Shown here: one piece after another, positions 24,510 to 31,442 of the stretch
Position numbering within the stretch: position 1 is the first letter of the stretch
Layout of the letters: every line of letters starts with the position of its first letter
Origin: a virus
Length of the DNA: 32,023 bases
Virus record (IMG/VR): IMGVR_UViG_3300045988_030341
Coordinates: 1 to 32,023 of that record
Direction: 5' to 3' (one strand)
The notes under the pieces: model-generated
Database searches by the model: none
Told to the model about the DNA's origin: nothing
Seen by the model: the letters and a program-made list of their open reading frames with translations, nothing else
Position numbers and translations under genes: made by a program

Positions 24510-25631
24510 ATGATAGGTTACAGACGTTTCGCGCTTGTTGTCGAAAAGGCGCTTAAATTGTCCGCTAATACGGGCGATAAGATTATCAACTACGGAGATG
24601 GCAACTTATATCCGCAGGAAATAGCCGAGCTGATATATGCTTCAAAGACAGCCACAGCCGCAGTTGAGAAAATGACCGAAAACATTATTTGTGAAGGGTT
24701 CAAAAACAAGGATTTCGCGGCGATAACAAACGGGAACGGCTGTAACATGGACGACGTTTTAGAGGCTACGGCAAACGATGTCGCACGTTTCAGGGGCTGG
24801 GCTTGGATAGTACAGTATGGGTTGACACCCGAAGGCTACAAGCCCCGAAACGTGTACAACGTTCCGTTTGAGTATGTCCGTGCCGAGATGAACGACAACT
24901 ATTTGAAAGACCCAGCCATAAAGAGATGGCGCGTTTTCAATAACTGGGACAGACAGAACGTCAAGGCAACGAGCAGCGCGCAGAACTCAACGGTATATCC
25001 GACATATGACCCGGAAAATTTCGCATCGGAGGTTGAGGAGTGCGGCGGTATTGAAAACCATAAGGGGCAGCTGCTATATGTGAACCTTGGAACAACGCGC
25101 CCGTATCCCCTTAGCACGTTCCATTCGGTACGTAACGAGATGGGCGCGGAGGACAAGAACGGCAAATACGTTAACCGTACTTTGGGCAGGGGCTTCCACA
25201 TGTGTAGTATCGTGTCGCACGGTGATTTCGAGAACGAGCAGGCGCAGCAGGAATTTCGCGATACACTGGCAGATATGATGGGAAGCGAGAACGCCGGCTC
25301 GGTTCTTGCTGTAAGGGATGAAAACGTAGCCACGGACAAGCCGTTTATCAGGGTAGACCAGTTAGGCAGCCCTATAGACAGGGAGCTTTACAAGGCTTAC
25401 GTAGAACCCTTAAGAAAGGATATCGCGATAGCGGCATATAACATTCCGTTACCCCTTATTGACAGCTCGCTGATGACTTATTCCAACGCTTCGGGCGAGG
25501 TTATAAAGGAGCTGCAAAAGGTTTATCGCAATAGCTTGCAAAAGATACGCCGGCGCATTTCGCGAGAGCTGTACCAATTGTTCGGGGTTGACCCGTCCAT
25601 AACAGAAATCAATAATAAATTTGAGGAATAA
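24510..25631 (+). CDS. Portal protein (putative)
   Basis: 373 aa from ATG 24510. DGNLYPQEIAELIYASKTATAAVEKMTENIICEGF and MGSENAGSVLAV resemble conserved portal segments as I recall them. It is the only late ORF of suitable size without another assignment. Confidence 0.5.
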   Translation: MIGYRRFALVVEKALKLSANTGDKIINYGDGNLYPQEIAELIYASKTATAAVEKMTENIICEGFKNKDFAAITNGNGCNMDDVLEATANDVARFRGWAWIVQYGLTPEGYKPRNVYNVPFEYVRAEMNDNYLKDPAIKRWRVFNNWDRQNVKATSSAQNSTVYPTYDPENFASEVEECGGIENHKGQLLYVNLGTTRPYPLSTFHSVRNEMGAEDKNGKYVNRTLGRGFHMCSIVSHGDFENEQAQQEFRDTLADMMGSENAGSVLAVRDENVATDKPFIRVDQLGSPIDRELYKAYVEPLRKDIAIAAYNIPLPLIDSSLMTYSNASGEVIKELQKVYRNSLQKIRRRISRELYQLFGVDPSITEINNKFEE

Positions 25632-25632
25632 G

Positions 25633-26064
25633 ATGGCATACCCGATAGCGTTGTTCCGCCAGTTGTTTGAGATAGCAACGGACGTCAAGGACAATAAAAT
25701 AGAGAAAGCGTTCTTCGAGGCAGACCTGCTCGATATAATGCCTCAGATTGGCAGCATGTATGAGGCCGTTCCGGGGCAATATATCCCGGACGGGTCTAAC
25801 TTCGCAGGACTTGAAAAGGTTATATGTTACTACGCTTTCGCGCGGTATCTGCAGATAGCGGACCAAAACAGTACGAGCACGGGTATGAAGATCCAGACCT
25901 ATGGCGGCTCGGTAGTCGTTCCCGATACAAGCAAGGTTAAAAGGTTTGAGGCCGAACGGGGCAAAGCAGACCTTTTTATAGAGCCGTTGATTTGCCGGAT
26001 GAAGGCGGACGGGTTTATAAAGACATGTAAGGTATCGAATACCCGTATAGGGTTAATCAAGTGA
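25633..26064 (+). CDS. Hypothetical late protein (143 aa), possible head-tail adaptor
   Basis: The ATG at 25633 lies 2 nt after the portal stop. The adaptor call rests only on position next to the portal. Confidence 0.6.
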   Translation: MAYPIALFRQLFEIATDVKDNKIEKAFFEADLLDIMPQIGSMYEAVPGQYIPDGSNFAGLEKVICYYAFARYLQIADQNSTSTGMKIQTYGGSVVVPDTSKVKRFEAERGKADLFIEPLICRMKADGFIKTCKVSNTRIGLIK

Positions 26065-26582
26065 TAGAACAATTGGAGACCTATTTCCGCACATTTTTTG
26101 CTGTTACCGTTCTGGCAGTAGTTACGGATATACGGGACTTTATATTTTTAGTGGTTATCGTTACCGCGTTGAACTGGCTGGCAGGCTATTTGGCAGACAG
26201 GGCGAAAGGAAAGCCCTACAGGCACGAAAAGACCATGCAGGCGGTCAAGGAGTTGTTTTTAACCACTGCGATTCTATTCTTTGTAGCCCTGACGTGTGAC
26301 ATGCTGGGGCCTGTGATAGATTACAAGCTTTTAGTAAAGGTGCTCACGGGTATGTTCCTTATTATATACGCGCGTAACATAACAGGAAACCTTAGGGTAG
26401 TGCAGCCGGGAAATGACTTTGTGAAGGTGTTAAACAGCATAGCAAATAGCAAGTATTTCCAACTTGAGAAAAAGATTAAGGATGGCGAACTTGATACACC
26501 CTTGGAAGAAAAGGAGAAAGAAGATGGCGGACTTGATATACCCTTAGAAGAAAAGGAGAAAGAAGATGGCGAACAGCAGTGA
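26061..26582 (+). CDS. Holin-like membrane protein
   Basis: Four hydrophobic segments (FFAVTVLAVV, FIFLVVIVTALNWLAGYL, LFLTTAILFFVALTC, LLVKVLTGMFLIIYA) and a charged repetitive C-terminus. It lies directly upstream of the endolysin. The start is GTG, overlapping the previous stop as GTGA. Confidence 0.6.
   Translation: MIEQLETYFRTFFAVTVLAVVTDIRDFIFLVVIVTALNWLAGYLADRAKGKPYRHEKTMQAVKELFLTTAILFFVALTCDMLGPVIDYKLLVKVLTGMFLIIYARNITGNLRVVQPGNDFVKVLNSIANSKYFQLEKKIKDGELDTPLEEKEKEDGGLDIPLEEKEKEDGEQQ
26481..26574 (+). repeat. 42-bp tandem repeat, about 2.2 copies
   Basis: GATGGCGAACTTGATACACCCTTGGAAGAAAAGGAGAAAGAA (26481-26522) repeats at 26523-26564 with 3 mismatches. A third partial copy, GATGGCGAAC, contains the endolysin ATG at 26566. 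Confidence 0.95.
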
Positions 26583-27081
26583 ATTGGTACCGTTCATCCT
26601 GCAGTGGGAGGGCGGTTTCGTTAATGACCCCGACGACTCGGGGGGCGCGACAAACAAAGGTATCACTATAGGCACATTCGCCGAATACAAGAAGCGGAAG
26701 GGGCAAAAAGCCCCTACCGTCGACGACTTGAAAAACATATCGGACGCCGAATGGCACGATGTTTTCAAGTCTTTGTATTGGGACAGGTGGAAAGCCGACG
26801 AAATCAAAAGCCAGCCGGTAGCAAATATCTTGGTCGATTGGGTCTGGGCTTCCGGTTCGCACGGTATAAAGCGCCCGCAACGTCTTTTAGGCGTCAAGGC
26901 GGACGGTATTGTAGGCAAACAGACCATTGCAGCCGTTAACGCTATGGACGCGGCTACGCTCTTTAAAATGATTAAAGACGACAGGGCAAAGTTCATAGAC
27001 GAGATATGCAAGGCGAGACCCAGAAACGAGAAATACCGCAAGGGGTGGATGAACCGTATTAATGCGATACGCTATGAATAA
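26566..27081 (+). CDS. Endolysin, GH108-type lysozyme with a C-terminal peptidoglycan-binding domain
   Basis: ILQWEGGFVNDPDDSGGATNKGIT is the GH108 N-terminal signature. LGVKADGIVGKQTIAAVNAMD matches PG_binding_3-type domains. Confidence 0.85.
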   Translation: MANSSELVPFILQWEGGFVNDPDDSGGATNKGITIGTFAEYKKRKGQKAPTVDDLKNISDAEWHDVFKSLYWDRWKADEIKSQPVANILVDWVWASGSHGIKRPQRLLGVKADGIVGKQTIAAVNAMDAATLFKMIKDDRAKFIDEICKARPRNEKYRKGWMNRINAIRYE

Positions 27082-27652
27082 ACTGCAAAAGATAATTACA
27101 GGCTTTGCAGTCCTTATGGTGCTGTTTGGTGCCATAACCAAGATGGCGGACACCATAAGGAAGCAAAGAGCCGAAATAGGACGTTTAGAACGTAACGTTG
27201 AGGCGGTGAACGACGCGCAGACAGAGTACAGAACAAAGCTCGGAGATGCGGCAGCGAAGTGTAAGGCTTTAGAGATGTCGCACAAGGAGCTGAAGAAAAC
27301 GAACGCAGACCTATACAAAGAGGTGGACGCGCTTAACGTCCGAGTGAAAGATGCGTTATCCGCAACCCGTACCGTTACCAAGACAGTAATAAAGGAGGTT
27401 GTGCGTACCGATACGGTAGCCGGCGAGTTGATAGCGGAATACCGGGACGCATGGAACACGATACAGGCAAGGGTTAGGCAAGACAGTACGGAATTAAACT
27501 ACCAAGGCAGGGACACGATAACGGGTGTTATCACGGTCCGGAAGAAAAGATTCTTGTTTTTCAGATGGGGGGTCAAGGCTATAGAGCACGACATATCGAA
27601 CAAAAACCCCAAAACAAAGACAGATATAGACATAGCGGTGAGGCTGAAATAA
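27062..27652 (+). CDS. Spanin-like / lysis accessory protein
   Basis: N-terminal TM helix (IITGFAVLMVLFGAI) followed by a coiled-coil region. It is the last gene of the lysis cassette and overlaps the endolysin end. ATG 27074 is an alternative start. Confidence 0.45.
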   Translation: MRYAMNKLQKIITGFAVLMVLFGAITKMADTIRKQRAEIGRLERNVEAVNDAQTEYRTKLGDAAAKCKALEMSHKELKKTNADLYKEVDALNVRVKDALSATRTVTKTVIKEVVRTDTVAGELIAEYRDAWNTIQARVRQDSTELNYQGRDTITGVITVRKKRFLFFRWGVKAIEHDISNKNPKTKTDIDIAVRLK

Positions 27653-27703
27653 TCAGGGAATGGAGGGCTGTTAACAGTTCTTCATTTTTCGTTTACATTC
27701 GTT

Positions 27704-27920
27704 AACCACAGCTTACACAGATAAAAAGTGAGTCTGTGTAGGTCTCTGTGTAAAATAACCATCTCTATATTAGCTACTTATCTCTATTTACACAGATACA
27801 CAGATAAAAAGGGGTTAGAGCATTATTCTGGGGAAAATAGCATTTACCACTACGAAACGGACTGTAAAAACCACAATATTCGAAATGGAAGTATATGAAA
27901 ACATGTGTGTGTCTGTGTAC
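27704..27920 (+). repeat. Structured intergenic element, copy B (40-nt invariant core 27788..27827)
   Basis: Same block order as 11156..11360: AACCACAGCTTACACAG; an 8-bp hairpin 27714-27721/27733-27740; an AT-rich spacer; the identical 40-nt core; and an inverted partner within TGTGTGTGTCTGTGTA (27904-27919). Confidence 0.85.
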
Positions 27921-28023
27921 GTGTAAAATAAAACACTGATAAATAACACTTTAGCTCACATCGACTGTTTCTTTACATCTTTTCACTTTTGATTAATATT
28001 TATTAGCACAAAAAGAGATACAA

Positions 28024-28063
28024 CCTGTTAGTATTTGCCGTATATTTGCGATGTCAGAAGGAG
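28024..28063 (+). promoter_or_regulatory. Promoter cassette E1, copy 2 (-7 box TATATTTG at 28041-28048); candidate early promoter
   Basis: CCTGTTAGTATTTGCCGTATATTTGCGATGTCAGAAGGAG is about 85% identical to 5291..5330. It is the first promoter-like sequence after the late block. Confidence 0.6.
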
Positions 28064-28080
28064 ACAGGAAAAAGAACTAT

Positions 28081-28197
28081 ATGAAAGCCGCTTGCATGAG
28101 GATGATTAAAAATTATCCTGATAGAATGTATGACGGATGGAAGTTCTGTGAGAAAGATTATTCGGCTTATGCCGATGACTTTAAAAGATTCGGATAA
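28081..28197 (+). CDS. Small hypothetical protein (38 aa), first ORF of the early block
   Basis: My own translation MKAACMRMIKNYPDRMYDGWKFCEKDYSAYADDFKRFG, 33 nt after the -7 box. Confidence 0.45.
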   Translation: MKAACMRMIKNYPDRMYDGWKFCEKDYSAYADDFKRFG

Positions 28198-28204
28198 AAA
28201 AGCA

Positions 28205-28270
28205 GGCTTGCCGTGAACCTTTTAAAACCGCAAACGTTATTATACTATCAACGATTTAAAAAATAAAGCT
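28205..28270 (+). promoter_or_regulatory. Promoter/leader cassette E2, degenerate copy c
   Basis: Shares the 17-mer TATCAACGATTTAAAAA (28246-28262) with 9440-9456. The -7 region is degenerate (TATTATAC). Confidence 0.35.
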
Positions 28271-28570
28271 GTGGAAGAGCAAAAGCTTATTACCGAGGAA
28301 GAGCGGAAGTTTATTATCGGGGAAGTGAAAAAGCATCTGCAGGCGAGTGCGGGAAAGAACAAATACCAGGTTATCGACGCGGTGCGGGAAATGCCGACGT
28401 TCGAGGGGTTTATATTCCCTTACTATTCCCAAAGGCTGGACGGCACCCGATTCCCCGTAGATGTCGAAGAAATGTATATCAACTGTGACAAGTGGGACGG
28501 GTTCTATAACGAGACGGTGGCAAAGGTCGCGCAAGCCATTTTGGAAACAGACCGAACCGGAGAGGCATAA
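28271..28570 (+). CDS. Hypothetical early protein (99 aa)
   Basis: ORF with a GTG start directly after cassette E2c. Confidence 0.6.
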   Translation: MEEQKLITEEERKFIIGEVKKHLQASAGKNKYQVIDAVREMPTFEGFIFPYYSQRLDGTRFPVDVEEMYINCDKWDGFYNETVAKVAQAILETDRTGEA

Positions 28571-28602
28571 ATCAGTTATTCACCATATAAAAAGAAAAGA
28601 AA

Positions 28603-29166
28603 ATGAAGATTACACCGTTAACAATCGATTTTGACGTTACAAACGCACAGGAAGTGGAATTTGTAAATGAACTCATGAACCGTCTATTTGGAAGCGCACC
28701 CCTTAAGGCTATGGCAGCGCCTGCAGAAAGCCCCGTAACCAGTACAAGCGTACCGACGTTTGGCGAACCCACGCAGACCGCGGCACCCGTCCGGGAAGTG
28801 AAGGAAGAGCCGAAGCAAGAAACGATTACCGAAGCTGTCGCCGAAGTTAAAAAGGAAATGGAAAAGCCCGTAAAGGTTGAAAAGCAAGCGGAGCCAAAGA
28901 CCGTAAATAAAGTCCCGCAAGCGACGATTGAACCCGAACCCGTACAAGCTCCCGCCGAGGAGGAGAAAGCCTCGGAGAAAGCCTCAAACAAGCCTCTAAC
29001 GGCGAAGGACATGCAGGCGTTCATGATTGATTTAATGAAAACCGGAAAAATCACCCGCTCGCAATTAACGGATATCATGCTTGAGTTCGGCGGCGCGTCC
29101 CTTATGCGTATCAAGCCCGAGAAGTACGAGCTATTGAAACAGCGTATCGAGACCTATAACGATTAA
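28603..29166 (+). CDS. Hypothetical early protein with a low-complexity Pro/Glu/Lys-rich linker (187 aa)
   Basis: It has an A-rich leader (AAAAAGAAAAGAAAATG) and lies upstream of the exonuclease. The antisense ORF 28572..29114 is rejected. Confidence 0.7.
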   Translation: MKITPLTIDFDVTNAQEVEFVNELMNRLFGSAPLKAMAAPAESPVTSTSVPTFGEPTQTAAPVREVKEEPKQETITEAVAEVKKEMEKPVKVEKQAEPKTVNKVPQATIEPEPVQAPAEEEKASEKASNKPLTAKDMQAFMIDLMKTGKITRSQLTDIMLEFGGASLMRIKPEKYELLKQRIETYND

Positions 29167-29170
29167 AAGA

Positions 29171-30349
29171 ATGAAAGTACAAGTAGACCACACAAGCAGG
29201 GCACACGCCCTGCTTTCCCCGAGCAGCTCGCATAGATGGTTTAACTGCACACCGTCCGCACGGTTGGAAGAACCGTATGAGAGCACAAGCAGCGCGGCAT
29301 CGGAAGAGGGAACGGTAGCGCACGAGTTGGCGGAGTATGCAATGGAAAAGTATTTGGCAGGGGAATACCTGCCGTTATTGGATGAATTGCCCGTACCCGA
29401 TGAGATACGCGACAACAAATACTACAGTTCGGAGATGGAGCACTACGTAACCGACTACGTTTGCTACGTGTGCGACATATACGAACTGGAGGAAGGCGCT
29501 AAAATGAGTATAGAACGGAAGTTCGACCTGACAACATACGTGCCCGAGTGTTTTGGCAGCTGTGACTGCGACATAGTGGGCGGGACAGTTCTAAACATCA
29601 TTGACCTGAAATACGGTAAGGGCGTACAAGTAGACGCTAACGGGAACAGCCAATTAATGATGTACGCTGTCGGGGTGCTTGATTCCTTGGAACCCTCGCA
29701 CCGCTCCAAGATTGAAAAGGTACGTATGCACATCGCGCAAGTACGGTTAGGCAATTACTCTGTATCTGAGATGTCCGCACGGGATTTGACCCACTGGGCG
29801 ATACACGTACTTCGCCCCACCGCGGAGAAGGCATGGGCGGGACAAGGAGAAACCAAAGTAGGCAGTCATTGCAAGTTCTGCAAGTTCAAAGCGCAATGCA
29901 GGGCACAGAAAGAGGCTTTAGTTAGCGAGTTCGAGACCCACAGGGACACCAAGGCGCTAACGCTTGACGAAATAGGCGATATATTAAGCAAGTCCGATAT
30001 GTTCACCGACTGGCTGGCATCGGTCAAGACTTTCGCAATGCAAGCCGCTACACGAGGCGAAAAGGTCAAGGGGTGGAAGCTTGTAGAGGGCAGGTCAGCA
30101 CGTGTCATAAACGACACGGAAACGGCTATAGAACGCCTGAAAGCTTTAGGTTTCTCAGCCGAGGACATAACTAACAGCAAATTGAAAGGTATCGGAGATC
30201 TGGAGCGGCTCGTAGGTAAGAAACGGCTCGCCGCAACTCTTGACGGCCTGATAGTAAAACCAAAGGGTCTGCCAACGTTAGCCCCGGAAAGCGATAAGAG
30301 GGAAGAATTAAGTCCTGCTATTGACGGCTTCGATGAATTAGATTCATAA
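29171..30349 (+). CDS. Cas4-like PD-(D/E)XK exonuclease (DUF2800-type)
   Basis: N-terminal SPSSSHRWFNCTPS (first Cys), nuclease core DCDIVGG...IIDLKYGKG, QLMMYA (QxxxY), and C-terminal CKFCKFKAQC (CX2CX5C), which gives the four-Cys Fe-S pattern of Cas4/AddB-type nucleases. Confidence 0.85.
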   Translation: MKVQVDHTSRAHALLSPSSSHRWFNCTPSARLEEPYESTSSAASEEGTVAHELAEYAMEKYLAGEYLPLLDELPVPDEIRDNKYYSSEMEHYVTDYVCYVCDIYELEEGAKMSIERKFDLTTYVPECFGSCDCDIVGGTVLNIIDLKYGKGVQVDANGNSQLMMYAVGVLDSLEPSHRSKIEKVRMHIAQVRLGNYSVSEMSARDLTHWAIHVLRPTAEKAWAGQGETKVGSHCKFCKFKAQCRAQKEALVSEFETHRDTKALTLDEIGDILSKSDMFTDWLASVKTFAMQAATRGEKVKGWKLVEGRSARVINDTETAIERLKALGFSAEDITNSKLKGIGDLERLVGKKRLAATLDGLIVKPKGLPTLAPESDKREELSPAIDGFDELDS

Positions 30350-30354
30350 AAGAA

Positions 30355-30426
30355 GTTAATGAAAGAACCGGCCGACCTGTCAGATAAAGCGTTATATTCG
30401 CATTATCAATTTAAAAACAAAACGAT
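30355..30426 (+). promoter_or_regulatory. Promoter/leader cassette E2, copy b (-7-like TATATTCG at 30393-30400)
   Basis: GTTAATGAAAGAACCGG...GCGTTATATTCGCATTATCAATTTAAAAACAAAACGAT aligns with 9398..9465. Confidence 0.45.
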
Positions 30427-30735
30427 ATGAAAAGTAACAACGGTATTTTAACAGAGAAAGAGATTCAGGCAAGAACAAAGTTTTGGAACAAAAAGCAATT
30501 CCGCATCTGGAGTAGAAAAGAACTTGAAAGAACCTCTACAGATATGCAAAAACTTTTGGCAGCCCTGAAGGAATTCAGTATGGACGGGATTAAAGCTGTT
30601 AGAAAGTCAGACGGATATAGCTTTGGAGTGCGCGGGAGAAATGACCCGAAGTATATCGTATGGTCGGCGTACCAAAGGGATTTGGATTACGCTATTTCAA
30701 TAGCACCAAAAGCTTTTAAAGTTAAACAAGGTTAA
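30427..30735 (+). CDS. Hypothetical early protein (102 aa)
   Basis: ORF directly after cassette E2b. Confidence 0.65.
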   Translation: MKSNNGILTEKEIQARTKFWNKKQFRIWSRKELERTSTDMQKLLAALKEFSMDGIKAVRKSDGYSFGVRGRNDPKYIVWSAYQRDLDYAISIAPKAFKVKQG

Positions 30736-30836
30736 CAGAATAAACAACTTATAGATTTATTTGTCATCTTTGCGGCATCAGATTAAAAACGGAACGCCCG
30801 AACCGATCAGAGGGCGAAAACAATAAAAAAGTTATT

Positions 30837-31379
30837 ATGGCAAAAGTAATGATCAAGAACGTGAGATTGAGTTATGTCAGATTGTTTGAAGCGCAACAAG
30901 TCAACGGACAAGGAGAAGCAAGTTACAGTGTATGCTTATTGATTCCGAAGGATAGCCCGGAAGTTCCGAAGATCAAGGCAGCTATTGAAGCCGAGTTTTC
31001 AGATCTTAAGGCGCGATATCCGAAACTGAACGGTAAAGACCCGAAGGTATGGGCTAACCCGTTAAGAGACGGGGACGCCGAGAAAGACGGTGCCGAGTAT
31101 CAAGGTTGCTACTTCATCAACGCAAAGCGTAAAGAGAAGCAAGGCGCACCTATCGTAATCAACGGTAGAAAACAGTACATCACAGACCCGAACGAGGTTT
31201 ATAGCGGTTCTTGGGGCAACGTAGCCGTATCATTTTACCCTTATGAGTTTACCGGGAAGTACGGTATTGGCGCAGGCTTGAACGGTGTACAAAAGACCAA
31301 AGACGGCGAAAGACTGGACGGCGGCACAAGTATTGACGATTTCGACTTTGAAGACGAGAACGACGATTTATTCGACTGA
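30837..31379 (+). CDS. ssDNA-binding protein, T7 gp2.5-like (DUF2815-type)
   Basis: RLSYVRLFEAQ...YSVCLLIPKD...PLRDGD...YFINAK...GAGLNGVQK matches the DUF2815 pattern as I recall it. The acidic C-terminal tail DDFDFEDENDDLFD has a penultimate Phe. Confidence 0.8.
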   Translation: MAKVMIKNVRLSYVRLFEAQQVNGQGEASYSVCLLIPKDSPEVPKIKAAIEAEFSDLKARYPKLNGKDPKVWANPLRDGDAEKDGAEYQGCYFINAKRKEKQGAPIVINGRKQYITDPNEVYSGSWGNVAVSFYPYEFTGKYGIGAGLNGVQKTKDGERLDGGTSIDDFDFEDENDDLFD

Positions 31380-31442
31380 CAATACACTTAAACGGATTAA
31401 TAACCGGGCGGTGTAACAGCCGCCCGAAAATAAAAAGCGGAA

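Noticed and set aside
24494-24512. Shine-Dalgarno-like AGGAGG before the portal ATG, and AAGGAG before the endolysin ATG, as evidence against a Bacteroidota host
   Set aside because: Both lie inside the coding sequence of the upstream gene (codons for KKEV and EEKEKE), so they can be explained by coding constraints. The other roughly 40 starts have A-rich leaders without Shine-Dalgarno sequences.
31405-31426. GC-rich hairpin CGGGCGG-N8-CCGCCCG between the SSB and phosphoesterase genes as an intrinsic terminator
   Set aside because: It is followed by an A-rich tract, not a T-rich one, on the + strand, and nothing is transcribed from the minus strand. It may be an RNA stability or processing element, but I cannot support a terminator call.
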